Notes under the pieces: model-generated | Told to the model about the DNA's origin: nothing | Database searches by the model: none | What the model saw: only the letters and a program-made list of their open reading frames with translations | Shown here: positions 1 to 8,676 of the stretch, one piece after another | How positions within the stretch are numbered: the stretch's first letter is position 1 | How the letters are laid out: every line of letters begins with the position of its first letter | From: a virus | Reading direction: 5' to 3' (one strand) | IMG/VR virus record: IMGVR_UViG_3300019850_000189 | Location: 125,376-189,375 of that record | Length of the DNA stretch: 64,000 bases | Made by a program: the position numbers and the translations under genes

Positions 1-23
1 AAATCTTCTTAGGAAGTATAATA

Positions 24-230
24 ATGACAAAGCAGATAACTAAAGCGGCTAGGAACTTGCTCAAGACGAATCATATTCAACTTATTAATCAAGCTCCGCA
101 TAGAATCACTTTGCGTATTAAAGGCAAAAATTATATATTGGAACCAGCTGGCACACTCAAGACGGAAGGCTACACTCCAGAAATAAAACGTTTATTGAGA
201 GATGGCATACTGGGAATATATGGTTCTTGA
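24..230 (+). CDS. hypothetical protein
   Basis: ORF with AGGAAG RBS; overlaps next ORF. Confidence 0.5.
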   Translation: MTKQITKAARNLLKTNHIQLINQAPHRITLRIKGKNYILEPAGTLKTEGYTPEIKRLLRDGILGIYGS

Positions 231-558
231 TAATATCTTTGAAGTAAAAACCGAAGCTATTAAAGCCTTGTTTAAAAATGTTCCAATTAAAATTGTAGAG
301 GCCATCCTATACAAAAAAAAGGAAATATGGGAGAATAAGATGAAAATGCCATTTGCCAAAGGCAAAACTATAAAAGACGCTTCTGAAAAGCCTAAAGAAG
401 ATACACACATATTAAAGGTGGTTTCTAACTTCAGGAAATTGTATCAAAAAAAGAATTCTAATGAAACATATATAGAAAGTAAGAAAGAAAAATTAGAGGA
501 GCAAAACAAAAATGAATTCAAGAAGAACAAACATCGAAAAACTCAGAGAAATGTATGA
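202..558 (+). CDS. hypothetical protein
   Basis: 118-aa Lys-rich ORF in the operon upstream of SSB. Confidence 0.5.
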   Translation: MAYWEYMVLDNIFEVKTEAIKALFKNVPIKIVEAILYKKKEIWENKMKMPFAKGKTIKDASEKPKEDTHILKVVSNFRKLYQKKNSNETYIESKKEKLEEQNKNEFKKNKHRKTQRNV

Positions 559-1354
559 GAAGTCTAAGACGAATAGCAACTTTTCAAATAATTTTTGGTA
601 TCCTCCCGATGAGGAGAATATAATTAGAATTCTCCCTCCGCTAGAGGGCAAGGATGTATTTTACAAAGCAACGGGGACCCATAAATTTGGAGACTATTTC
701 TTTTGGTGCCCAAGATTAACGGAAGGTAAGCGATGCCCAATTTGTGAAGAGAGAAAGCGCAGGTATGAATCTGGCACCGATGTGGATCGCGAAGTTGCCT
801 ACAAACTTAAAGGAAAGAAAAAGTATATTTACAACATAATAGACCGAAAAGGTGATGATCCTATAAAGGTGCAACAGTATATTACAGGTCCCAAGGTCTG
901 GGAAAAAGTTCTTTCGTATTACTTTGATGAGGAATATGGAGCTCTAGATGATATAGAAAAGGGCTACGATTTTAAGTTGATTAAAAAAATGATTTCTTCG
1001 TCAGAGGGAGAATTTGCCAATTACGATGATTCTCGACCAATGAAGACCGCCTCCAAGCTGGCAGATAGCGATGAGGACATTGCGGAGATACTTTCTAATT
1101 TGAAAGACCTGGATACAATAATCAATCTGAAAGATTACGACACAATGAAAGCCGCTTTGGACCGCTTCCTGGTAGAATACTATAATGCTAGCACTTCTGA
1201 TAATGAAGAAATAGTTTCCACCCCCGAGATTAAAACCAAATCAAAGGATAAGAAAAAGCCCGAACCAACACCAACTATCGAAAATGAAGATGAAGCAGAT
1301 ATTGATGATTTTGAAGCCAAGCTGATGAAAGAACTCGCTGAAGATGATGAATAA
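512..1354 (+). CDS. T4 gp32-like single-stranded DNA-binding protein
   Basis: IIRILPP, H..G..FWCP...CPIC zinc site, YIYNI, GPKVWEK, YDDS, acidic C-terminal tail (EDEADIDDFE...EDDE). Confidence 0.8.
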   Translation: MNSRRTNIEKLREMYEKSKTNSNFSNNFWYPPDEENIIRILPPLEGKDVFYKATGTHKFGDYFFWCPRLTEGKRCPICEERKRRYESGTDVDREVAYKLKGKKKYIYNIIDRKGDDPIKVQQYITGPKVWEKVLSYYFDEEYGALDDIEKGYDFKLIKKMISSSEGEFANYDDSRPMKTASKLADSDEDIAEILSNLKDLDTIINLKDYDTMKAALDRFLVEYYNASTSDNEEIVSTPEIKTKSKDKKKPEPTPTIENEDEADIDDFEAKLMKELAEDDE

Positions 1355-1381
1355 AGGACAAATTTAGGTCCTAATCCCACC

Positions 1382-1410
1382 AAATGCCCGGATGTTCCGG
1401 GCATTTTTTT
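1382..1410 (+). terminator. Rho-independent terminator
   Basis: AAATGCCCGGA-TGT-TCCGGGCATTT hairpin followed by T run, after SSB. Confidence 0.85.
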
Positions 1411-1411
1411 A

Positions 1412-1440
1412 TTTACAAAAGTTGTCTTCTGCTATATAAT
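1412..1440 (+). promoter_or_regulatory. sigma70-type early promoter
   Basis: TTTACA-N17-TATAAT, then AGGAGG RBS. Confidence 0.8.
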
Positions 1441-1460
1441 ATTAACAGGAGGTAAACATA

Positions 1461-2426
1461 ATGCCACAGGAACATCAAGTTGAAGTTAAAAAATATATTT
1501 TTAGAGCTCGAGTTGGTTCTCACCTTTATGGACTTAATACTCCAGAATCAGACGAAGATTTTGTGAGCGTATTTATTCCTGGGGAGGATTATATTCTTGG
1601 TCTCAAAAATGTGGATGAGATTGATCGCTCCACTAAGAAATCAGATGCCAAACGTCGAAATAGTCCAGAAGATATCGACGATAAAGCTTATAATATTCAG
1701 AAATTCCTCAAACTTTTAATTAACAATAATCCCAACATTGTGGAGATCTTATTTGCTAGGCCCGAAAATATTATAATCTTAGAACCAGAGTTCAAAGAGC
1801 TTATCGATAATTATGAAAAAATTGTCAGCACTCGTGCCTTTTGGACTTTTACTGGTTATGCTTACTCACAGAGAAAGCACCTTATTATAAAGAGCGAGCG
1901 TTTCAGAGGTCTCACTGAAGCTGTAGAATATCTTGAGAGCATTGGTGTTAATCCGCGCGAGATCACTGAGCTTGAATCTTCAGAGCTCAATCATTTTCTT
2001 AAGTTCTATAAGGGGGAAAAAGGTAATACAGAATTTTTCCACAAAGGAATGCCTCTTGAGCATATTTATAACCGTGTTAAGTCCGAGCTTGATATGTATG
2101 GCTATCGGATTAAGGAGCTTAACTTTACTGGCAAAGGCGGAGAGCTATATGATTCTAAATTCGCTTACCATTTAATTCGGCTTCTCGATGAGGGTAGACA
2201 GCTTCTTGAAACAGGCCATATTGAATTTCCAATTTCTGGAAAAGCTCGCGATGATATTCTAAAGATCCGAAATAAGGAAGTGCCTTTTGAGGATCTCCTG
2301 GAACTTTATGATAAGTATAACTCCGAAATTAAAAAAATTAATGAGAAATCTCCTATCCGCAAAAAGCCAGATTTTAACTGGGCTAATAAATACCTTGTGA
2401 GGATTTTGAAAGAGAGTCTTTTGTGA
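1461..2426 (+). CDS. Pol beta-superfamily nucleotidyltransferase, RlaP/Nuc-transf type
   Basis: RVGSHLYGLNTPESDEDF motif, NPNIVEIL, YDSKFAYHLIRLL, C-terminal KPD. Confidence 0.8.
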   Translation: MPQEHQVEVKKYIFRARVGSHLYGLNTPESDEDFVSVFIPGEDYILGLKNVDEIDRSTKKSDAKRRNSPEDIDDKAYNIQKFLKLLINNNPNIVEILFARPENIIILEPEFKELIDNYEKIVSTRAFWTFTGYAYSQRKHLIIKSERFRGLTEAVEYLESIGVNPREITELESSELNHFLKFYKGEKGNTEFFHKGMPLEHIYNRVKSELDMYGYRIKELNFTGKGGELYDSKFAYHLIRLLDEGRQLLETGHIEFPISGKARDDILKIRNKEVPFEDLLELYDKYNSEIKKINEKSPIRKKPDFNWANKYLVRILKESLL

Positions 2427-2608
2427 GGAAGAGCAAAAAAATAGATATAGCAAAAACCCTCCTAAATGGTGGGATATGGGTTAAGCCCACTCCCGTCAAA
2501 AATTTCTTTATCAAACTGAAAGAGAGAACTATAACGAGAATAGAGTGTGGGCTATGGATATATAGGAATTACTTTCTGTTTGTACTTAGCCTACTATTTA
2601 GCTGGTAG
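2423..2608 (+). CDS. small protein with hydrophobic C-terminus
   Basis: GTGA overlap with upstream stop. Confidence 0.4.
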   Translation: MRKSKKIDIAKTLLNGGIWVKPTPVKNFFIKLKERTITRIECGLWIYRNYFLFVLSLLFSW

Positions 2609-2653
2609 CCATAATTTGTATTATATTTTTTATTGCTAACTCACTCACTAAGA

Positions 2654-2661
2654 CATATATA
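2654..2661 (+). promoter_or_regulatory. CATATATA motif (putative phage middle/late promoter)
   Basis: intergenic copy just before ATG 2670; recurrent motif. Confidence 0.4.
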
Positions 2662-2669
2662 TAATCGAT

Positions 2670-2936
2670 ATGAAAAAAGAAATAGCAAAATCATTCCTCA
2701 AAGATAACATCTTAACTATCGGATATATGACTTCAATACAAATATCGAGCAAGAATGGGCCAACCATTGGCAACGGCCGATTACCAGGTGCTGTCCAGGT
2801 TCCTAATGTATCGCCAAATTCACAAGGCGAGCGATTTAAATTAACTATCACATTAGAATGCTCTCCTGATGATCTCAAGCCTGTCTATTCTGAATTATTA
2901 CCTTATGGAAAAATACTAATATTGAAAATGGAATAA
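2670..2936 (+). CDS. hypothetical protein
   Basis: ORF track, tight packing. Confidence 0.55.
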   Translation: MKKEIAKSFLKDNILTIGYMTSIQISSKNGPTIGNGRLPGAVQVPNVSPNSQGERFKLTITLECSPDDLKPVYSELLPYGKILILKME

Positions 2937-2939
2937 ATC

Positions 2940-3626
2940 ATGCATGATATGTATAAGCTTAAACTTAATCCGCGGGATTTGGCTATTTATGATATGGCCA
3001 GAATATTTTACAATATGATGTCAAGCCATGATCCTAAATCGCATGCACAATGGGCTAATTTTTATAATGCCAGTTATCCACAAAAAGGCAGAAACTGGAA
3101 ATACTTTGAGGAACTTTATGAAGTAATTAAAAATGACAGCCATTTTAACATGAGATGGTTTGTAAATGCTCAGTTAGTTTACCTTGAAAAAGGAAAAACC
3201 ATATGGCCGGCTCAATTGCTAACCAAAAAGGCGATGAATAATTATTTTGAGTATTGCAATAACCGTCGCATAACAATTAAGGGCGACGGTACTAAAGATA
3301 TTATAGCGGCTCTTGTTCATGATAAAAAATTCATGCGAGAATGGCTTAGTGATCATCCAGAAAGCGACTACGCAGATTTCTTTGGCCGAGTGCCGGAAGG
3401 ACTGGTAATGTCAGATGGAATTTATTACGCAATTCAAGGAATGCTATCTGTATTCTTTTTATCAATATCCAAAAATTTCAACATAGTTTACTTAAACCTG
3501 GAACCGGATCTACGAGAAGAAATTGCGACAAAAGGGAGGATTTTAATGTCGCGAGATAAAGTTAGGCTTAATAAGCGGGCCCTGGAGTTAGCAAGAAAAA
3601 TATTCAAAGAGGAAGTGCTATTATGA
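2940..3626 (+). CDS. hypothetical protein
   Basis: 228-aa ORF; ATGA overlap with next ORF. Confidence 0.65.
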   Translation: MHDMYKLKLNPRDLAIYDMARIFYNMMSSHDPKSHAQWANFYNASYPQKGRNWKYFEELYEVIKNDSHFNMRWFVNAQLVYLEKGKTIWPAQLLTKKAMNNYFEYCNNRRITIKGDGTKDIIAALVHDKKFMREWLSDHPESDYADFFGRVPEGLVMSDGIYYAIQGMLSVFFLSISKNFNIVYLNLEPDLREEIATKGRILMSRDKVRLNKRALELARKIFKEEVLL

Positions 3627-3790
3627 CAATAGAATTTTTTACGTATTTGCTTGGATTGGCATTGATGCTTTATAGAGCTGAAATCATAGATTCTAAACAG
3701 ATACAGAAACTTGTAGAGGTGTGCAAGGACAACTCAGACAAATCTATAGAAGATTTATTAACGGAGTTGGAAAGTATTAATAAAAAATAA
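3623..3790 (+). CDS. small hypothetical protein (55 aa, MTIEFFTYLLGLALML...)
   Basis: read manually; below ORF-track cutoff; ATGA overlap. Confidence 0.45.
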   Translation: MTIEFFTYLLGLALMLYRAEIIDSKQIQKLVEVCKDNSDKSIEDLLTELESINKK

Positions 3791-3804
3791 TACTGAAGAA
3801 TCGT

Positions 3805-3987
3805 ATGTCAGATGTCATTAAAGAAATTGATACTGTAGTTACAAAATATGAGGTTAAACCGTCAGTAATGAAAGATATTACCCAAAATTTTGAGCATTCC
3901 TTCAAAGCCACAGAAAATATCGATAAATCCAAGCAGGAAGATATGGCAAAAATTTATGCCAGAGATGGCATCATAATAAGGGGATAA
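3805..3987 (+). CDS. hypothetical protein
   Basis: ORF track. Confidence 0.5.
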   Translation: MSDVIKEIDTVVTKYEVKPSVMKDITQNFEHSFKATENIDKSKQEDMAKIYARDGIIIRG

Positions 3988-3988
3988 A

Positions 3989-4216
3989 ATGAAAATTCAA
4001 CATTTTAATTACACAAGGATGGATGGAGAAGAATCAGAACACACTGTTATTATATTAAAAGAGGACAATGCATATATTGAAGGAATAGATTTGACAAAGC
4101 TTGCAAAACCAGAGCAGCAAAGCATTATCGCGATTCAGAAAGAATATGAGGAAGCATTATCTTCTTTTATGCCATCTTATCGCAAGTTTATTAAAGATAA
4201 TATCAAAGTCCTATAA
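3989..4216 (+). CDS. hypothetical protein
   Basis: ORF with AGGGG RBS. Confidence 0.55.
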   Translation: MKIQHFNYTRMDGEESEHTVIILKEDNAYIEGIDLTKLAKPEQQSIIAIQKEYEEALSSFMPSYRKFIKDNIKVL

Positions 4217-4232
4217 TGAATGGAGAGCCGAG

Positions 4233-5021
4233 GTGGAACTCACAGGTAAAAAACTCAATATTATAACAAGTTGTTATAATAATTTAAATTGTAAACATTG
4301 CTATGTTGATGCATATCTGCCATTGACGGATAATGTATATAACAAGAGGGAAATCGCCAGAATTTTCGATTATTTTAATTCCAAGGGTGTAAATGACGTA
4401 TCATTTATCGGTGGCGAGCCGCTAATGAATACCTTTCGTCTCATGGAAATGTTGAAAATGGGATTAAATTATTTTCAACATTTCTCCTTACTTACCAATG
4501 GCATAATGCTGGAAGAAGCGTTGCTGGATCAGTTGATAGAATTGGGTCTCGCAGAATTAAAAATTAGCCTGTTTTCATTTAATGGAGAAGAGTTCAACAG
4601 CTTGGCTGGTTTGATTAGAAAAATGTATATTCCCAAAGATATAATTGCATATGCCAACAGTAAGCTTACAACTATCCTTTATGTTCCTATTTTTAGTTCG
4701 GAGCTTGGTTATTTAAATAGTAAGGTATTTGAAGGCTTTGACGATTTTATGGCAAGCACCAATAGCAAAAATATCACATTCCTATCCACACTTCCAAATC
4801 AATTCGAAACTATGGATTTTTATAAGAATATAACTGCAGCAGGTAAATTGATTAAAGCAGAGAAGCACCTTGAGATATTTAATACAGGCAAGTATAATAT
4901 TGGATTTTTAGATATTGTCTCGTACGTCAATGAACCTGGTAGATTTTATCTATATCCAGATTTAAAAGTTAGAACAAGCCTTGCCACTCTAGACAGCATA
5001 TACGAAATTTCACAGGGATAA
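4233..5021 (+). CDS. radical SAM protein with CX5CX2C motif
   Basis: CYNNLNCKHCY, FIGGEPL, LLTNG; GTG start at 4233 after GGAG-containing RBS. Confidence 0.75.
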   Translation: MELTGKKLNIITSCYNNLNCKHCYVDAYLPLTDNVYNKREIARIFDYFNSKGVNDVSFIGGEPLMNTFRLMEMLKMGLNYFQHFSLLTNGIMLEEALLDQLIELGLAELKISLFSFNGEEFNSLAGLIRKMYIPKDIIAYANSKLTTILYVPIFSSELGYLNSKVFEGFDDFMASTNSKNITFLSTLPNQFETMDFYKNITAAGKLIKAEKHLEIFNTGKYNIGFLDIVSYVNEPGRFYLYPDLKVRTSLATLDSIYEISQG

Positions 5022-5025
5022 TAAA

Positions 5026-5214
5026 ATGCCAAAAATACCAATGCATTATGACTATAATGCATTTATGAAAGAACTTGACGAAGAAACGGCCGAGATTGTT
5101 GCCGAAATGGATGATAAAATGCACCGAAAGGGTGTCGGTAAAAGAGACCAAATTAAAGAAGAGCTTGTAAAATCAATCAGAGATCGAAACTTTAAATACA
5201 AAAATAAAAAATAG
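5026..5214 (+). CDS. hypothetical protein
   Basis: ORF track. Confidence 0.5.
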   Translation: MPKIPMHYDYNAFMKELDEETAEIVAEMDDKMHRKGVGKRDQIKEELVKSIRDRNFKYKNKK

Positions 5215-5247
5215 TTTAAATTTTGTTAATCTAGAAGCATATATAAA

Positions 5248-5646
5248 ATGAAAAGAAATTACTCAAATATAACATATGAGGAATTTGCCAGGCTGAAGTT
5301 TCCCTTCTTGGCAAAATATGAAGATGAGAATACTTTATATTATATTTACTTTGATAGCGTAATACACATATTGCCCAGCTCGGCGCTGCCGAAACGCTCG
5401 GCGGTAAATATAAGAAACAAAGTAATGGAATTTAAGACTCGATTGAAATATCATGCTTTCAAATCGTCAAATGAACTTAACATATACATCGGAGCTCCTA
5501 TAAAAGATTCAATTGGTAATATTCTTTTTTTACAGAATCTCCATATAGCAAAAACACCAAATGAATTATCCGATATGAAAGAAGGTATAATTCTTGGTTT
5601 ATTTAAATACGAAAAAATAACTTTTTTGAAATCGCGATTTGACTGA
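5248..5646 (+). CDS. hypothetical protein
   Basis: ORF preceded by CATATATA (5238). Confidence 0.55.
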   Translation: MKRNYSNITYEEFARLKFPFLAKYEDENTLYYIYFDSVIHILPSSALPKRSAVNIRNKVMEFKTRLKYHAFKSSNELNIYIGAPIKDSIGNILFLQNLHIAKTPNELSDMKEGIILGLFKYEKITFLKSRFD

Positions 5647-5666
5647 CAATTAAATTATCATTAAAA

Positions 5667-5675
5667 CATATATAG
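5667..5675 (+). promoter_or_regulatory. CATATATAG motif upstream of tubulin gene
   Basis: intergenic, ahead of AAGGAG RBS. Confidence 0.45.
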
Positions 5676-5695
5676 AATCAATAAGGAGTTAATAA

Positions 5696-6694
5696 ATGAA
5701 ACGTTTAATTCTTGGTTGTGGCCAGACAGGTTCACGCCTTGCTGAAATGTTTAAGAGTAAAAATGATGATATTATCACATTTTCAACCGCAGTAGAGGAT
5801 GCCATCGGCTTAAGTAATAATATTCAAGTTTCTGATGAAGGCTCGGGACGTAACTACAACATCGGCCTTAGACTATGGGCCGAAAAGAAGGAAGAAATTG
5901 CTAAAATTCTTGAGCCTTATGAACGTACACGTATTGTATATTTTGCCGCTTTAGGCGGTGGAAGCGGCAGCTCATCAATTAGAATTGTTCTTAATCAGTT
6001 AACACGTCAAAAAAACAAAATTTTATTTGTTGGCATTCTGCCATTCTTAGCCGAGGCAATTCCAGCAACCGCAAATGCAGTTCGGTCCATGCAGTCTCTC
6101 GTATATTATCAAGACAAATGTTCAATTATGTTATTTCCAAATGAACTAATTGGTAAATTTACAGCAAGAGACTATACGGCTATTAACGATCATATAATAG
6201 GCGCCATCAGATGCGTTACAAATCTTAATAGCGAGCTGAATGATTCCAGTTTATATACACCATTATCCATAGATTATCTTGAAGCGGATTCGATTGCTTA
6301 TGCGGGTGGTTTTGTCAATGTTTCTTTTTCAAATTTGGAGGAAGAATCACTTAAATTCATCGGTTATGGCAAGATAAATGAAGCAAAGAATATTCTTGTT
6401 GCGCGCTCTGTATACAGCAAAATAAAACAAGCAGAGGTAGATTCTGAAGCTAACAAACTAATTGAAGTTGTCAAAAAGATAAGTGGTAGAGCCCGCGGGG
6501 CAAGGATTCTTTTTGGTATTATCAGAAATAATTATGATAATATTCTATATATTACCATAGCTGCTGGTCTCAAAATAGGGCACCTGATAGATAAATATAA
6601 AAACCTAGCTATTGACAGAGTGACTAATTACAGAGCAGAAGAAATGCATGAGGATATCATAGATAAAGATGAGAATAAATTCCTTAATGTTTAA
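5696..6694 (+). CDS. tubulin/FtsZ-family GTPase (PhuZ/TubZ-like)
   Basis: N-terminal ILGCGQTGSRLA, signature ALGGGSGSS, EGSGRN, T7-loop-like SIDYLE. Confidence 0.8.
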   Translation: MKRLILGCGQTGSRLAEMFKSKNDDIITFSTAVEDAIGLSNNIQVSDEGSGRNYNIGLRLWAEKKEEIAKILEPYERTRIVYFAALGGGSGSSSIRIVLNQLTRQKNKILFVGILPFLAEAIPATANAVRSMQSLVYYQDKCSIMLFPNELIGKFTARDYTAINDHIIGAIRCVTNLNSELNDSSLYTPLSIDYLEADSIAYAGGFVNVSFSNLEEESLKFIGYGKINEAKNILVARSVYSKIKQAEVDSEANKLIEVVKKISGRARGARILFGIIRNNYDNILYITIAAGLKIGHLIDKYKNLAIDRVTNYRAEEMHEDIIDKDENKFLNV

Positions 6695-6706
6695 GGAGGC
6701 TGCATA

Positions 6707-6850
6707 ATGGCCCTAAAAGGCTTTTCAGGATATAGGCCAGGAGACGGTTCCATACCGCTGTATCAAAAAAACAATAAAAATACTTCATTGCTTGACAAAC
6801 TGAAATTTTGGAAGTGGTTCGTCAATAAAAAACAAACCAAAAATGAATGA
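6707..6850 (+). CDS. small hypothetical protein (47 aa)
   Basis: AAGGAGG RBS; read manually; overlaps 6843 start. Confidence 0.45.
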   Translation: MALKGFSGYRPGDGSIPLYQKNNKNTSLLDKLKFWKWFVNKKQTKNE

Positions 6851-7160
6851 GAATAAAAAACTGGAAAAGTTGCGAGACCTCACGCAAGATATCTCTATTA
6901 TATATAATAATAAATTAGGAAATATAACGCACAACCAGGATGATGGTGATACTTTTGCCGGTAGCATTGTTGAAGCGAAAGATAATAACGAAAAAGCAAT
7001 TGTATTATTATACAGAAGGTCCGGTTCGGATACGTGGCACGTCAGAGCTATTTCTGAAGCAGATGGCGCAAGAGACACTGGAACAAAACAGTTTACAGAT
7101 TTTAATGTTGCCGCGGCCGACTGGAAAAAATTGATATTGAAATTATTGGAAAAATTATGA
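6843..7160 (+). CDS. hypothetical protein, paralogue of 7427-7771
   Basis: shared TW.V.AI...F.....A.W..LI C-terminal pattern. Confidence 0.6.
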   Translation: MNENKKLEKLRDLTQDISIIYNNKLGNITHNQDDGDTFAGSIVEAKDNNEKAIVLLYRRSGSDTWHVRAISEADGARDTGTKQFTDFNVAAADWKKLILKLLEKL

Positions 7161-7414
7161 TAACTTATGTTTATAAATGCCCAAATTGTAATAAAGTAAA
7201 AGAAGTAAAACATTCCATTAAGGAAACTCCAAAGATAATATGTGATATCTGCGGCACAAAAATGAAACGAGTTATACTCGGTGGCCAGGCGACGTTCACC
7301 AAAAAAATCGGTGGAGTGGCGGCCTATCATGGAGAAGGCAAGGAGAGAAAGGCCGGCAGAAAAAAATGGATAAAAGAAAATCCATATTATGACAAGTTAC
7401 CAGACTATCTTTAG
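7157..7414 (+). CDS. FmdB-family zinc-ribbon protein
   Basis: MITYVYKCPNC...H.....P...CDICG..MKR. Confidence 0.8.
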   Translation: MITYVYKCPNCNKVKEVKHSIKETPKIICDICGTKMKRVILGGQATFTKKIGGVAAYHGEGKERKAGRKKWIKENPYYDKLPDYL

Positions 7415-7426
7415 GAGGGCTACATA

Positions 7427-7771
7427 ATGAGTTATGATGAGCACGATACACATTATGGTGAATTGGAACAAATAATTAATAATAATATTGTGGAAACAGC
7501 GGGGTGCGGAGTTAAGAGTTGGGGCGCAATATCCAGCGCGCTTAAAACAGATCAGTTCAATGCCTGGTTATATAAAAAGGGAGCAGGCACATTAGTGGCA
7601 TCGGTCTGGCTTGCCTGGAATAATCATAAAAACACATGGAGTGTTCAAGCTATTCCAGCTCGTGGTACATCTTTTGTAAGCAGATCTGTTGTAAGAATTT
7701 ATACCAGCTTTGCTGATGCTAAAGCACGATGGCAAACACTTATTAACAATAAAATACAAGAAGCCAGTTAA
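7427..7771 (+). CDS. hypothetical protein, paralogue of 6843-7160
   Basis: AGGAGG RBS; shared C-terminal pattern. Confidence 0.6.
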   Translation: MSYDEHDTHYGELEQIINNNIVETAGCGVKSWGAISSALKTDQFNAWLYKKGAGTLVASVWLAWNNHKNTWSVQAIPARGTSFVSRSVVRIYTSFADAKARWQTLINNKIQEAS

Positions 7772-7849
7772 GGAGACATATATAGATATAAGGACCAGAC
7801 TTGCGGGCGGTCTTAAAACAAAAAGATGTGTTATCTAAGGAGGCACACA

Positions 7850-8284
7850 ATGACAAATTTAATTAATTTAACAGACAGTTTTTTCCACCTCAACAAATTT
7901 GATGTACTATTCAGAGATCTATTCGACTCTGATATGGCATTCAACTCTATGATCGACGTCAAGCCAAACTATCCAGTAGATATAAAGGAGACCAAAGACA
8001 GCCTAGAAATTGACATCGCCGCCATTGGGCTCGATAAGAAAGCCATCAAGCTGCAGATAGAAGATAATGACACTCTAATTGTAGAGTACAAAAAGCAGAA
8101 TGAAACTGAAAGTGATGCGAGATATTTATGCAGAGGCATTACTCGTAAAGCTTTTCGGTTTGCCTGGAAAATCGCACCCAAATTCAACATTAATGCGATA
8201 AAGGCAGAAATGGAGAATGGACTTCTTCAGTTGAAGATTCCCGTTTCTCCAGAAGCATCACCAAAATTAATCGATATTAAATGA
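7850..8284 (+). CDS. small heat-shock protein (Hsp20/alpha-crystallin)
   Basis: YPVDIKE, AAIGLDKKAIK, RGITRKAFRFAW, AEMENGLLQLKIP; start at 7850 after AGGAGG. Confidence 0.9.
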   Translation: MTNLINLTDSFFHLNKFDVLFRDLFDSDMAFNSMIDVKPNYPVDIKETKDSLEIDIAAIGLDKKAIKLQIEDNDTLIVEYKKQNETESDARYLCRGITRKAFRFAWKIAPKFNINAIKAEMENGLLQLKIPVSPEASPKLIDIK

Positions 8285-8313
8285 CCCAATGCCGCCCGCG
8301 GGTCTTTTTTTTT
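8283..8313 (+). terminator. Rho-independent terminator
   Basis: GACCC-12-nt loop-GGGTC followed by T9. Confidence 0.75.
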
Positions 8314-8323
8314 AGGAGTTACA

Positions 8324-8674
8324 ATGATGCGCAAGCGAAGAGCACTATATGCGTTCAATTACATAACCATTTCTCTTATGGCATGTTACAGCATAATTAA
8401 TAATATTTCGATTCTAGCTGGAGTTATAATGGTTATAATCAGTTTTATATTTTTATTTCTCCTTGTAACATATATATTCAGTAAAGAAGAGGGAGATTAT
8501 TATATGGCTTCTGCTGTTTTAAATACTATATTAATAATTGTGTTTTTCGGTATTGCAATTCTTGCGAGTGCTATGCATATACCCAAAGTGCTCTACATAA
8601 TATCATTAATCTTAGGGGTCATGTTTAGCATAAACTTTATAAGCGTAACAAATAAAAATAATTCCAGGGAGTAA
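8324..8674 (+). CDS. membrane protein (about 4 TM segments)
   Basis: four long hydrophobic stretches; AGGAG RBS. Confidence 0.65.
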   Translation: MMRKRRALYAFNYITISLMACYSIINNISILAGVIMVIISFIFLFLLVTYIFSKEEGDYYMASAVLNTILIIVFFGIAILASAMHIPKVLYIISLILGVMFSINFISVTNKNNSRE

Positions 8675-8676
8675 AA

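Noticed and set aside
4101-4232. N-terminal extensions in the ORF track (4101, 11223, 17740, 36089, 44201, 56050)
   Set aside because: They overlap real upstream or opposite-strand genes; better RBS-supported starts lie downstream.
5696-6694. Nucleus-forming (chimallin) lifestyle inferred from tubulin
   Set aside because: No shell protein or multisubunit RNAP is recognisable here, and sigma70-type promoters point to host RNAP use; the window is insufficient to decide.
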